Notes: generated by a model from the sequence alone, not told the origin. A stretch of DNA of 64,000 nt from an uncultured Candidatus Melainabacteria bacterium (GCA_934692665.1 CAKUUG010000004.1:1915-65914), one strand, 5' to 3'; shown: positions 51,207 to 61,519, counted from the stretch's first letter. Translations and numbers: made by a program.

Positions 51207-52378
51207 ACTCATCACAACAAATATTAACGTCTTGCGAAAAATTTCGTATAAATTTGGATTTGAAAAGTGTGAAATTAGTTTTGGCACTTTTGGACAATCC
51301 TCAAAATTCTTTTAAATCAATCCACGTTGCAGGAACAAACGGAAAAGGTTCGACTTGCAAAATAATAAACGATGTTTTAGTCGAACATTTTAAAAATACC
51401 GACAAAAAAATCGGGCTTTTTACTTCTCCACATCTTTTTTCTTATACAGAAAGAATAAAAATCAACAACGAAGATATCCCTGAGTATGTCTTTAATCGTC
51501 TAATAGTGGACATTGACAATTTTTCAAAAAAACATAATATCAATTTAACAGAGTTTGAATTGCTCACTGTGACTGCGTTTTATTATTTTTATATAAAAAA
51601 AGTTGACTATGCAATTATTGAAGTCGGATTAGGTGGAAAATACGATGCAACAAACGTCTTGAACCCAATTGTAGAAGTTATTACGACAATAGATTTTGAC
51701 CATACAGAGCGATTGGGTGATAGTATTTCAAAAATTGCTCTTCAAAAAGCAGGTATAATAAAACAAAATTCAATAGTTGTAGTTTCAAAAAACAACCTTG
51801 GTTTTGATGTGATTGAAAAAGTGGTAAAAAACACTTCTTCAAAATTGGTATCAACAGAACCTATTGACGCTAAAATAAATTTAAGAGGTGATTTCCAAAA
51901 AGAAAATTTGTCTTTAGCACTTTCTGCTATAGAAAATTTGAATTTAAACATTTCAGAAGAAACAATAAAAAATGCCCTAAAAAATGTAGAGTGGAAATTC
52001 AGACTGGATTTTGACAAAGAAAAAAATCTTCTTATTGATGGCGGGCACAATCCCTCAGGAATAGCGGCTTTGAGGGAATATTTGGATAAAGAATTTAAAA
52101 ATGAGAAAAAAACTTTTATTTTCGGTTGCCTAAAAAATAAAGACTACAAAAAAATGTTAGATTTATTAATCAAAGACGAAGATGAATTTTATTTTTATGA
52201 ATTTGATTATCCTAATGCACTAAAATTTGATGAATTAGATGAAAATATAAAATCAAAAGCAAAAAAGCTAAGCACTAAAAAAGAAGTCGAAAATATAATC
52301 AAAACAACAAAAAATCTCAAAATTGTTTGCGGTTCTTTGTACATGTTGGGGATTGTTTTTAAGGATTTTATTGTATAA
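51203..52378 (+). CDS. folC: folylpolyglutamate synthase / dihydrofolate synthase (Mur-ligase family)
   Basis: IHVAGTNGKGST P-loop, FTSPHL, and EVGLGGKYDATNV. Confidence 0.85.
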   Translation: MNSSQQILTSCEKFRINLDLKSVKLVLALLDNPQNSFKSIHVAGTNGKGSTCKIINDVLVEHFKNTDKKIGLFTSPHLFSYTERIKINNEDIPEYVFNRLIVDIDNFSKKHNINLTEFELLTVTAFYYFYIKKVDYAIIEVGLGGKYDATNVLNPIVEVITTIDFDHTERLGDSISKIALQKAGIIKQNSIVVVSKNNLGFDVIEKVVKNTSSKLVSTEPIDAKINLRGDFQKENLSLALSAIENLNLNISEETIKNALKNVEWKFRLDFDKEKNLLIDGGHNPSGIAALREYLDKEFKNEKKTFIFGCLKNKDYKKMLDLLIKDEDEFYFYEFDYPNALKFDELDENIKSKAKKLSTKKEVENIIKTTKNLKIVCGSLYMLGIVFKDFIV

Positions 52379-52385
52379 TTTTTTT

Positions 52386-54134
52386 ATGATTAGTATGAAC
52401 AAATTTCTGGAAAATATTGAACCTTTTCAAACAGATTTTTATAGAAAAGATTGGCGATTAAAATTAAACTCGAATGAAAATCTATACGGCGTTTCAGATT
52501 TGGTTTTTAATGTTGTAAAAAGTATCAACAAAGAGGATATTTCTTATTATCCTGCTTATGGAAAATTAATCGACAAATTGGCAAAATTGTACGAGCTTTC
52601 AAAAGACAACATTCTGCTAGCAAACGGATGTGACGAAGCACTAAAAATTATAATGGAAACATTCATTGAAGAAGACGACGAAATTTTGACATATAATCCT
52701 ACTTTTTCAATGCCTTTGTTGTATGCAAAACACAATGGCGGAAAAGTGAAACAGATAGAATACGATGAAAATTTCGTTTTTAATAAAGACAAAATAATAG
52801 AAAATGTTTCGCCAAAAACAAAAATAATCTATATTGCCACTCCCAACAATCCTACAGGTGATTTGGTCAGACCTTCTATTGTTGAGATTTTGGCACAAAA
52901 ATTGCCTAACGTTTTGCTTGTTATTGATTGTACATACATAAATTTTGCACAAAGCGTTGTTATAGAAGATTATATAGATTTGATGAAAAAGTTTGATAAT
53001 ATTGTAATTGTAAAATCTTTTTCAAAAGATTACGCCCTAGCCGGTTTGAGGATTGGTTTTGCACTTTCAAATGAAAATATTATCAAAAATATGAAAAAAA
53101 TCACTCCCCCTTACAACGTCAATGTAATTGCAATAAATTGTGCAATTACTGCATTGAATGACGAAAAAAGGCTAAACGAAATCAAAGAATCAAATGAAAA
53201 TGCCAGAAACGAACTTTTTAACGGTCTTAAGGAACTGGGATTTGAGCCTTTTGAAAGCCAAGGTAATTTTATTTTGTGCGATTTTAAGTCGTATTGTGAG
53301 TTTTGCTATGAAAAATTGAAAAAAAATGGCGTGATAGTCCAGAATTTTCCAAAAAACTCCCCAATTCCAACTTGCCTTAGAATTACTGTTCCAAAAATGA
53401 GTGGAGTAAAACTTGTTCTTGAATTGTTGAAAACAAAAGACCTTTTAATTTTTGATGTAGATGGCGTGATTTTCGACGTTTCAAAATCATATTTGATGGC
53501 AATAAAAGAAACTTTTGAATATTTCACAAAAAAAGAAATTGAAATATCAGAAATTCAAGAAACAAAAAACCATGGCGGTATGGATTGTGATTGGGATGTT
53601 GTTCAATTTTTGCTTAGAAAATACGGATACAGCGTAGAAATGGCCGACATAATCAGTGTTTTCCAAGATTTGTTTTACAATCCAAACGACAAAACAAAAA
53701 CAAAAAAATATCTTATAGATGAAGAAAAACTTTTGATTTCGCCGGAAATTTTTGAAAAATTGATTCAAAAATATGACTTGGTTGTATTTTCGGGTAGATT
53801 AAAAGAAGAAATAAAATACTCTTTTGACAAATTCGATATTGATAAATACTTCTATTATTATGTAACGAGTGACGATTTGCCGAAAAATATGCTAAAACCT
53901 CATTCAAAAGGCGTGTTTGAGATTTTGGAACATTGTCCGCATAAAGGAATAAAATACCTAGGTGATAGCGTTGATGATATAATTTCCGGAAACGGTGCTG
54001 ATGTTGAAACGATAGGTGTTGTTTCTCCTGATAGTCAATTTGGCGTGATGGTGAACAATTTTAAACACTTGGGTGCTACATATATCCTTGACGATATCAA
54101 AAAAGTGGTTGAATTCTTGAAAGATATAAAATAA
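52386..54134 (+). CDS. fusion protein: histidinol-phosphate aminotransferase (HisC-like) plus C-terminal HAD hydrolase domain
   Basis: N-terminal ~355 aa: LNSNENLYG, ATPNNPTGD, and PLP lysine KSFSKDYALAGLRIGFA. C-terminal ~225 aa: HAD motif I LLIFDVDGVIFDVS, motif II VVFSGR, motif IV GDSVDDI. Start at ATG 52386 or 52395, after the folC stop. Confidence 0.8.
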   Translation: MISMNKFLENIEPFQTDFYRKDWRLKLNSNENLYGVSDLVFNVVKSINKEDISYYPAYGKLIDKLAKLYELSKDNILLANGCDEALKIIMETFIEEDDEILTYNPTFSMPLLYAKHNGGKVKQIEYDENFVFNKDKIIENVSPKTKIIYIATPNNPTGDLVRPSIVEILAQKLPNVLLVIDCTYINFAQSVVIEDYIDLMKKFDNIVIVKSFSKDYALAGLRIGFALSNENIIKNMKKITPPYNVNVIAINCAITALNDEKRLNEIKESNENARNELFNGLKELGFEPFESQGNFILCDFKSYCEFCYEKLKKNGVIVQNFPKNSPIPTCLRITVPKMSGVKLVLELLKTKDLLIFDVDGVIFDVSKSYLMAIKETFEYFTKKEIEISEIQETKNHGGMDCDWDVVQFLLRKYGYSVEMADIISVFQDLFYNPNDKTKTKKYLIDEEKLLISPEIFEKLIQKYDLVVFSGRLKEEIKYSFDKFDIDKYFYYYVTSDDLPKNMLKPHSKGVFEILEHCPHKGIKYLGDSVDDIISGNGADVETIGVVSPDSQFGVMVNNFKHLGATYILDDIKKVVEFLKDIK

Positions 54135-54224
54135 AATTTACTATGCTTCAAAAATGAACAAAATACTTTTTTGTTTCGTTATACATTATGAAAAGCGTGT
54201 TAAAAGTTTATCAAGGAGAAATTT

Positions 54225-54497
54225 ATGTCGGACGAAATTAAAGAAACAATAGAAAAAGAATGTGAATGCAAATGTGAATTCTGTAAAGCTGTAAAGAAAA
54301 TTTTGGCTATCGCATTGGGTACTTTTATTGGTTTTTATTGTGCAATGAGTTTGTTTTTTGCACTCCACAGACCTCCAATGCCCCCTTGTGACGGTTTCAA
54401 AAGACCACCATATAGCGATGTTCAAAAATTTGAACACAAGAAAATGAAAAACCACGAAAAGCAAATGCCACAAAGACAAATTGAAAATGATGATTAA
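54225..54497 (+). CDS. small membrane protein with N-terminal Cys cluster
   Basis: GGAG RBS. Contains CECKCEFC, then TM ILAIALGTFIGFYCAMSLFFAL, then a Pro-rich PPMPPCDGFKRPPY and a basic tail. Confidence 0.6.
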   Translation: MSDEIKETIEKECECKCEFCKAVKKILAIALGTFIGFYCAMSLFFALHRPPMPPCDGFKRPPYSDVQKFEHKKMKNHEKQMPQRQIENDD

Positions 54498-54504
54498 AAT
54501 TTTG

Positions 54505-54530
54505 AACCCCGATACTATATCGGGGTTTTT
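54505..54530 (+). terminator. rho-independent terminator
   Basis: AACCCCGATA-CTAT-ATCGGGGTTTTT. Confidence 0.75.
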
Positions 54531-54577
54531 GGAAATGTAACAAAAAACTTAATTGTGTTTAAAAATAAATAATATAC

Positions 54578-54606
54578 TTGAAATTTTACAATGCTTGTGG
54601 GATAAT
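54578..54606 (+). promoter_or_regulatory. putative promoter of the tRNA-Met/Ile2 gene
   Basis: TTGAAA, 17-nt spacer, GATAAT preceded by TGG (extended -10). Lies 18 nt upstream of the tRNA 5' end. Confidence 0.5.
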
Positions 54607-54624
54607 TTTTTTGTTCACGAATGT

Positions 54625-54698
54625 GGCTGGGTAGCTCAGCTGGCTAGAGCGTTCGGCTCATACCCGAGAGGTCGAGAGTTCAAGTCTCTCCCCAGCTA
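54625..54698 (+). tRNA. tRNA with CAU anticodon (elongator Met or Ile2/lysidine)
   Basis: Acceptor GGCTGGG/CCCAGCT (G1-U72 wobble), D arm GCTC-AGCTGGCTA-GAGC, anticodon arm TTCGG-CTCATAC-CCGAG, T arm GAGAG-TTCAAGT-CTCTC. No encoded CCA. Confidence 0.85.
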
Positions 54699-54701
54699 AT
54701 A

Positions 54702-54732
54702 AAAAGAATCCTTGAAAAAGGGTTCTTTTTTT
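54702..54732 (+). terminator. terminator-like hairpin after the tRNA
   Basis: AAGAATCC-loop-GGGTTCTT followed by a T run. Confidence 0.6.
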
Positions 54733-54863
54733 ATGTTCAATTTGTGAAATTGAAAAGAGTGAATTTTTGCTAGAGTGACGAGTTAAGCTCAAACTTGTTT
54801 ATTTAAGCAATTTCATTGAATGAAAATTTTGTTTTCACAAAATTGGAATTGAATGTTAAAATT

Positions 54864-55048
54864 ATAAGCGAAGCGATTGCTCCGAGACGAATACTTCAAG
54901 AAAGTCATAATTTTGCAAATAAAAAATTTGGCTCGTCTCACTCTGCCGAAAAAATGCGAATCGTTGAGCATTTTTGAGAGGGCATAAGCGAAGCGATTGC
55001 TCCGAGACGAATACTTCAAGAAAGTCATAATTTTGCAAATAAAAAATT

Positions 55049-55059
<11 letters not shown>
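54864..55059 (-). repeat. two exact 76-bp direct repeats (period 120 bp) that include the 3' end of tRNA-Phe
   Basis: 54864-54939 equals 54984-55059: ATAAGCGAAGCGATTGCTCCGAGACGAATACTTCAAGAAAGTCATAATTTTGCAAATAAAAAATTTGGCTCGTCTC. The last 10-13 nt are the tRNA-Phe 3' acceptor end. Confidence 0.9.
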
Positions 55060-55316
<257 letters not shown>

Positions 55317-55370
55317 TTACTTTATAATACCAAATCAACTTCTATAGTCAAGCATTAATATTCAAACAAA

Positions 55371-56408
55371 CTAATTTTCGAGCAAAATTTTTATTGCTTC
55401 GCCATCTCGATGCATTTCTATTGCACGTTTTGCGTACTTCATGTCCATTTTTCTTGTGATTAATTTTTCTACATCAATTTTGCCATCGGCAATCATTTTC
55501 AGCGCTTCTCTAAAGTATTTTGGCGTATGATGGAATGAGCTTATTATTTTGACTTCATCATAATGCAAACGGCGAGTGTCGATATTTACCGAAGTTCCTG
55601 AAGCACATCCGCCAAAAAAATGCACATAGCCACCTTTTCTTACAAGTGAAAACATTTTTTCCCACATCGAAGGCAAACCTACGCACTCTATTGCAACATC
55701 CAATCCCCTGTTTTCTTCTGTTTCGTTCATGACGATTTCTGCCGGATCAGGGTATTTCTTTAAATCAATCACAATATCAGCATTGGCAAATTCTTTTGCA
55801 AGTTTGAGTTTCAAGGGGTTTCTGCCCATCGCAATTACTCTTGCACCTTTTAATTTTGCTAATTTTGCAAACATCAACCCAATAGGCCCAATGCCCACAA
55901 CCCCCACAGTATCGCCTTTTTGGATAGGAGTTTTTGAAATACCATGGACAACATTTGACAAAGGCTCTGTAAAAGCAGCTTTTGCGAATGACAAGTCATC
56001 AGGTAAAATAAGCGTGTTTTTTTCAACGATTCTTTTTGGAATTTTTATGTATTGAGCATACGCCCCATTCAACAAATCGAGATTTTCGCACAACTCATAT
56101 TCGCCACGTCTGCAATAAAAACACTCTCCGCAAGGTGCAGAATTTGCACACACGACCCTGTCTCCCACTTTTACATTTGAAACGTTTTCATCAACTTTAT
56201 ACACAACTCCGGAAAACTCATGCCCAAAGCCTGAAGGTACTTTTTTGATGAGTACGGGGTGACCTCGTTTGAATGTTTTTACATCTGTTCCACAAGTAAG
56301 AGCTGCCTCGACTTTGACGAGAATTTCTCCTTCGTTTAGTTCGGGGACTTTTACTTCTTCATATCTGATATCATTCGGTGCATAATATTGCACAGCTTTC
56401 ATTTTCAT
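55371..56408 (-). CDS. zinc-dependent medium-chain dehydrogenase (sorbitol/threonine dehydrogenase-like)
   Basis: GHEFSGVV catalytic zinc motif, structural zinc CGECFYCRRGEYELC, and Rossmann GVVGIGPIGL. Confidence 0.85.
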   Translation of the reverse strand: MKMKAVQYYAPNDIRYEEVKVPELNEGEILVKVEAALTCGTDVKTFKRGHPVLIKKVPSGFGHEFSGVVYKVDENVSNVKVGDRVVCANSAPCGECFYCRRGEYELCENLDLLNGAYAQYIKIPKRIVEKNTLILPDDLSFAKAAFTEPLSNVVHGISKTPIQKGDTVGVVGIGPIGLMFAKLAKLKGARVIAMGRNPLKLKLAKEFANADIVIDLKKYPDPAEIVMNETEENRGLDVAIECVGLPSMWEKMFSLVRKGGYVHFFGGCASGTSVNIDTRRLHYDEVKIISSFHHTPKYFREALKMIADGKIDVEKLITRKMDMKYAKRAIEMHRDGEAIKILLEN

Positions 56409-57388
56409 ACTTTTATATACGCCTTAAAAATTTTATTGTTAAAACTATCATCGACTGCATTTGCCAAATTGTCAAGAGAATAATAAGAAGAAAGATTTGA
56501 AACAGTGACTTTTTTTGAATTCAAAAGTTCACAAGATAATTTTAAATCTTTTGGATGGGGAGAATAACTGGAAATTATGCTCAATTCTCTATAATAAATT
56601 TCATTATTCGAAAAGCCGGCAAAATCATCCTCTACAGAAGAGAAAACAATTATTTTTCCACCGTCTATTACATTGTCGAGAGCTGTTTTTATTGCTTTTG
56701 AGCTACCTGCAGTTAAAAACACTACATCGTATTTTTTGTTTTTTTCGTAAGAAAAACCGTTTGAAGAAGCGATTTTCATTCTTTCTTCGTTTATATCAAA
56801 TCCAAAAACATTAACATCAAAGGCTTTTAGTCCTTTCATCATCAAAAGTCCAATCGAACCCAATCCTATCACCAAAGAAGAAAATTTTGAATTGTTGTCG
56901 TTTTGGTATTCAAAGCCGCTTCTTCTGATTGCACGAATGCAGCAAGAAAGAGGCTCTAAGAAGGCTTTTTCGTCATCTTTTAAGTCATTTGACATTTTGT
57001 AGACTGTATTTTTCAGATGGTTTTCGTCGACTCTGATATATTCAGAAAAACCGCAAGGAAAGATGTTTGATTTTTTGAATGTTTTGCACATGGAAGATGA
57101 GCCGTTTTTGCAATATCCACAGCTTCCGCAAGGATAATGATGCCCAAGAGCGACAACATCGCCTATTTTGAAGTCAGTTGAAGAATTTATTTCTTCTATT
57201 GTTCCAACTACTTCGTGGCCTAGAATGATGTTTTTTTCATTTTCAAGAGTTGAATGTTTTATTTTGACCAAATCAGAACCACACAATCCGCAGCCCAAGA
57301 CTTTTATTATTGCTCCGGTGTCGTTGAGCTTTGGTTTTTCTGTTTGGATTATTTCTATTTTTCCATTTATTAATTTTGCACTTTTCAT
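56405..57388 (-). CDS. zinc-dependent medium-chain dehydrogenase (second paralog)
   Basis: GCGLCGSDL, GHEVVGTIEE, CGSCGYCKNGSSSMC and GLGSIGLL. Start set at ATG 57388 (MKSAKL) because the longer track ORF runs into the upstream terminator. 4-nt overlap with the next gene. Confidence 0.82.
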   Translation of the reverse strand: MKSAKLINGKIEIIQTEKPKLNDTGAIIKVLGCGLCGSDLVKIKHSTLENEKNIILGHEVVGTIEEINSSTDFKIGDVVALGHHYPCGSCGYCKNGSSSMCKTFKKSNIFPCGFSEYIRVDENHLKNTVYKMSNDLKDDEKAFLEPLSCCIRAIRRSGFEYQNDNNSKFSSLVIGLGSIGLLMMKGLKAFDVNVFGFDINEERMKIASSNGFSYEKNKKYDVVFLTAGSSKAIKTALDNVIDGGKIIVFSSVEDDFAGFSNNEIYYRELSIISSYSPHPKDLKLSCELLNSKKVTVSNLSSYYSLDNLANAVDDSFNNKIFKAYIKV

Positions 57389-57447
57389 AAAATATTTTCT
57401 GCCTTTAGCTTTTATTCTAACACAAAAAATCAAACATTTTTATGTAC

Positions 57448-57481
57448 AAAAAGCTCTCTTTTTGTTGAAGAGAGCTTTTTT
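57448..57481. terminator. terminator hairpin after the pilin-like gene
   Basis: AAAAAGCTCTCTT-loop-AAGAGAGCTTTTT. Confidence 0.7.
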
Positions 57482-57506
57482 AAACTTTTGTTAACTAAAC
57501 AAATCT

Positions 57507-58175
57507 CTAGTCGTGTTGGAACATCGCACGTTGAGCAACAACACCGAATGGATAAGCGTTTTTGTCTGTAACGATAATCGGGAATACGTCTAGGATTTTT
57601 GATCTACCTTTTGTACCCGGAACTTTGTAAGAACCTTTTGTTTTTCTTGGGTTTGGTCTTCTTTGTCCGTTTACATCAACAATAATCAAACAAGGCAAGT
57701 TTGCAACGTTACCATCATCATCTTGGATGTTACCTTCAGGTGTTGCACAGTGATGATTGTTTGTTTCGAATGTTCCACCCATACCTTGGTTTGGTGTTGA
57801 TGGAAATTCATATCTCATACCGTCTGCCGTAAAGAATGCCCAGTTTGTAGTGTTTCCCCAAGAATAAGAAGTTGAAGTAGAAATTACGTTCATTCTGTTT
57901 CTAAACATTTCAAACAGAGAATCTTCTGCTCCGGGGGTAGTCATTGAAACTGTTTCTATAGGGCCATAACCTTCTAGAGCGATATTCATTTCGATTACTT
58001 GGTTCAATGTTGATAATGCTTTTTTGAGAGCTGATTTGTATTCGTGTTGTTCTGTATTTACTAAGATAGCAGGAATCGTTAATGCCGCAATTACACCGAT
58101 GATTACCAATGTAATTAATGCTTCTGCGAGTGTAAATCCGCTATGTTTCTTTCCAAAATAAGTTCTAATTTTCAT
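57507..58175 (-). CDS. prepilin-type N-terminal cleavage/methylation domain protein (type IV pilin/pseudopilin-like)
   Basis: Leader MKIRTYFGKKHSG, then FTLAEALITLVIIGVIAALTIPAIL (G/F cleavage site, Glu+5). Confidence 0.88.
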   Translation of the reverse strand: MKIRTYFGKKHSGFTLAEALITLVIIGVIAALTIPAILVNTEQHEYKSALKKALSTLNQVIEMNIALEGYGPIETVSMTTPGAEDSLFEMFRNRMNVISTSTSYSWGNTTNWAFFTADGMRYEFPSTPNQGMGGTFETNNHHCATPEGNIQDDDGNVANLPCLIIVDVNGQRRPNPRKTKGSYKVPGTKGRSKILDVFPIIVTDKNAYPFGVVAQRAMFQHD

Positions 58176-58359
58176 TTTTTTTTTTTTTGTAACTTTCTAT
58201 TTTTTGTTCACTATAATACTATCAAAGTTTTTTGTAAATTACAATTTTTTTACGATACTTCGTACATATACTGTATTTAATAATTCGTTATATTATTTTG
58301 AATTCCACCAACGTGCAGAGTATATCATACTTATTCAATAATGACAACAAAATCTTAAG

Positions 58360-59217
58360 TTATTTTAACAAATATTCCTCAAGTGCTCTTATTTTCATCA
58401 ATTTCCAATCAGGTCTTTGTCCTGTCCAAATCTCTGTTGCAGCAACTGCCTGAAATACCAACATATCCAGACCGCAGACGTATTTTTTTCCGCTTTCGAT
58501 TGCATTGTTGATTAATGGGGTTTTTAGGGGGTTGTATACGATATCATAAACAATAATGTCGTCTTTCATTGTTTCAAAGAGTTGTTTGTCGATTAGACAA
58601 TTTTTTTCATCAAAACCCTTCATTCCAACAGGTGTTGTGTTTACTAAAATATCTATATCATCGAAACTTTTCATCAAAGAATTTTGTATAGCATTAAATT
58701 TTACATCTGGGAAACCTGCTCTTAGAGTGTCTAGAGTGTCTTTTGAATTTATAACGTTTCTTGTATAAATATCAATTTCTTTTATGCCCAACTTAAAAAG
58801 CCCTGTACAAACCGCCCTGCTTGCTCCACCTGTACCTAGTACTGCTGCTTTTTTGCCTTTTAAATTACAATTTTTTAACGGCTCCATAAAACCGACAACA
58901 TCTGTATTATAACCCGACATAGAAAGGTCTTCTTCGATTTTTATGGTATTAACGGCACCTACCATATTTACGTATTCATCATATTTTGACAAAAACATAG
59001 CAACAGGAACTTTGTGAGGGATAGTGACATTAAAGCCATAAAAACCCCCTGTTCTGAGGCGTTTTAATCTGTTAATCAAATCTTCGGGTTCAGTTGGTAA
59101 AAGCTCATAACTGTATTGAAGATTTAAACTTTCAAATGCTGCTTTGTACAAAACGGGACTCAAAGAATGCCCCAAAGGATAACCTACAAGACCTAGTTTG
59201 TATATTTTTTCTTCCAT
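58360..59217 (-). CDS. aroE: shikimate dehydrogenase
   Basis: GYPLGHSLSPVLYKAAF, GFNVTIPHK, GYNTD and GTGGASRAV. ATG 59217 follows the topA stop (59219-59221) by 1 nt; the track start at 59280 overlaps topA. Confidence 0.92.
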   Translation of the reverse strand: MEEKIYKLGLVGYPLGHSLSPVLYKAAFESLNLQYSYELLPTEPEDLINRLKRLRTGGFYGFNVTIPHKVPVAMFLSKYDEYVNMVGAVNTIKIEEDLSMSGYNTDVVGFMEPLKNCNLKGKKAAVLGTGGASRAVCTGLFKLGIKEIDIYTRNVINSKDTLDTLRAGFPDVKFNAIQNSLMKSFDDIDILVNTTPVGMKGFDEKNCLIDKQLFETMKDDIIVYDIVYNPLKTPLINNAIESGKKYVCGLDMLVFQAVAATEIWTGQRPDWKLMKIRALEEYLLK

Positions 59218-59218
59218 T

Positions 59219-61513
59219 TTATTCTTCCATATCTCTTGAATATTTGCAATTTTTGTTTGAACAAGCGATTTTGTTGCCACGTTTCAGATATTTTTTCACA
59301 AGCAAACTTCCACATTCAGGACATGTTTCGCCTCCGTTTGGTTCTGCCCAAAGAGCAAACGAACAATCAGGGTATTTTGAACAACCCCAGAAAAATGTTC
59401 CATAACGTGATTTTCTTTTGACCAATTCGCCATCTCTACCGTTTTTGGCACATTCCGGACATTTTACGCCGGAAGATTCTAAAATAGAAAATCTTTTTTT
59501 GCATTTGTCATTCAAACATTGGTAGTATTTTCCATAAGGGCCTGTTTTTATGACCATATCAGAGCCGCATTTTTCACATTTTTTGTCTGTAGGTTCATCT
59601 TCTACAACAGGTGTTTGTTGCTCTCCGTCCATCGGAAGAGCTGTTTTGCATTCGGGATATCCGGAACATGCCAAAAACTGTTTTCCAAAACGAGAAATCT
59701 TCACCACCATACGTTTTCCGCAATTTGGACAGATTTTGTCTGTTTCTATATCTACTCTTTGCATGTTGGCTTTTGCATCTTCCAGCGTTTTTGAAAAAGG
59801 TTTCCAGAAGTTGTTCAGATATTCTACGCTATTTTGTTTGTCTTCTGCAATGTCATCAAGACCCGCTTCCATCTTGGCTGTGAATTTGTAATCCATAATT
59901 TGGACAAAATGTTCGTTTAGTTGCTTGCAGATGGCTCTACCTAGAGGAGTTGGTTTTAGAGATTTTGTTTCTGTTTTTTCAACATAATTTCTTTGTTGAA
60001 TTTTTGTGATAATAGGTGCATAAGTAGATGGTCTGCCGATTCCATATTCTTCCAGCTGTTTTACCAAACTCGCTTCTGTATATCTGGATGGAGGCTGAGT
60101 AAAATGTTGTTCGGGTTTTAATTCTTCCAATTTTAAAACATCACCTACATTCAATTCAGGGAATTTTTTTGCGATTTCTATGTTTTCGTCATCTGTGTAG
60201 ATTTTTGTAAAACCATCAAACACGATTTTTGATGAACCCATTTTGAAGATATATTTGTCTGCTTTTATGTCAACTGTGATGTTTTTGACTTTTGCATTTG
60301 TCATTTGAGAAGCCATAAACCTATCCCAGATGAGTTTGTAGAGTTTGTATTGTTCTGATGTTAAGTATTTTTTTATACTTTCGGGTGTTTTTTCGATATA
60401 CGAAGGTCTGATTGCTTCGTGGGCATCTTGTGTATTTGCTTGGTTTTTCTTTGTGTATACGTTTGGTTTTTCCGGATAGTATTTTTCGCCATAATTGTCT
60501 AGAATGAAATCTTTTGCGGCATCTCTAGCGTCATCAGAAATTCTTGTTGAATCTGTTCTCATATAAGTAATCAAACCCACAGACCCATCGCCCAAATCAA
60601 TACCTTCGTAGAGTTTTTGTGCAACTTGCATAGTTTTTGATACACCATAGCCCAATTTTGAGCTTGCTTCTCTTTGCAAAGTCGATGTTATAAAAGGTGG
60701 TTGGGGTTTTCTTGTTGTATCACGTGGAGTGATTTTTGATACTTCATATTTTGAATTTTGAAGGATTTTTAAGGCTTCGTTTACTTCTTTTTCATTGTGA
60801 AGCTCGAGTTTTATGTCTTTTCCTTTTTCGTCAATTATTCTTGACAATTCTGCTGAAAAATTAACTTTTTCTTTGTTTAAAAGTGCCTCAACAGACCAAT
60901 ACTCAACAGGCACAAACGCTTCTATTTCGTCTTCTCTTTCGCAGATTATTTTTAGTGCAACAGATTGTACACGACCTGCAGAAAGTTTGTAGTTTTTCAT
61001 TTTTTCCCACAAAATCGGACTTATTTTGAAACCTACGAGTTTGTCCAGAATTTGTCTGGTTTTTTGAGCTTCGACTTTTAACATGTCGATTTGGTGAACA
61101 TTTGCAACAGCGTCTTTTATTGCATGGGGCGTGATTTCATTAAAAACAATTCTAAAAATCTTGTCTTCAGGAAATTTTAGGCATTCTTTTACATGCCAAG
61201 CAATAGCTTCCCCTTCTCTATCAGGGTCGGATGCCAGATAAATTCTGTCTACTGTTTTTGCAAGTTTGTTTAATTCTGTTACTACTTTTTTCTTTTCGGG
61301 TATGATTTCGAATGTGGGTTTGAAGTTGTTTTCTATATCAAATCCCAATCCCTTAGAAGCCAAATCTCTTACATGCCCCATAGAGGCCTGTATAATAAAG
61401 TCTTTGCCCAGAATTTTTCCGATTGTTTTTGATTTTGCAGGTGATTCTACTATAACCAGAGTTTTTAGATTGTCTTTTGTATTTTCTTTAGATTTTGTTG
61501 CTTTAGTTGCCAT
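59219..61513 (-). CDS. topA: DNA topoisomerase I
   Basis: TOPRIM LVIVESPAKSKTI, DPDREGEAIAWH, active-site region YMRTDS and C-terminal CxxC zinc ribbons. Confidence 0.97.
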   Translation of the reverse strand: MATKATKSKENTKDNLKTLVIVESPAKSKTIGKILGKDFIIQASMGHVRDLASKGLGFDIENNFKPTFEIIPEKKKVVTELNKLAKTVDRIYLASDPDREGEAIAWHVKECLKFPEDKIFRIVFNEITPHAIKDAVANVHQIDMLKVEAQKTRQILDKLVGFKISPILWEKMKNYKLSAGRVQSVALKIICEREDEIEAFVPVEYWSVEALLNKEKVNFSAELSRIIDEKGKDIKLELHNEKEVNEALKILQNSKYEVSKITPRDTTRKPQPPFITSTLQREASSKLGYGVSKTMQVAQKLYEGIDLGDGSVGLITYMRTDSTRISDDARDAAKDFILDNYGEKYYPEKPNVYTKKNQANTQDAHEAIRPSYIEKTPESIKKYLTSEQYKLYKLIWDRFMASQMTNAKVKNITVDIKADKYIFKMGSSKIVFDGFTKIYTDDENIEIAKKFPELNVGDVLKLEELKPEQHFTQPPSRYTEASLVKQLEEYGIGRPSTYAPIITKIQQRNYVEKTETKSLKPTPLGRAICKQLNEHFVQIMDYKFTAKMEAGLDDIAEDKQNSVEYLNNFWKPFSKTLEDAKANMQRVDIETDKICPNCGKRMVVKISRFGKQFLACSGYPECKTALPMDGEQQTPVVEDEPTDKKCEKCGSDMVIKTGPYGKYYQCLNDKCKKRFSILESSGVKCPECAKNGRDGELVKRKSRYGTFFWGCSKYPDCSFALWAEPNGGETCPECGSLLVKKYLKRGNKIACSNKNCKYSRDMEE

Positions 61514-61519
61514 TATTCT

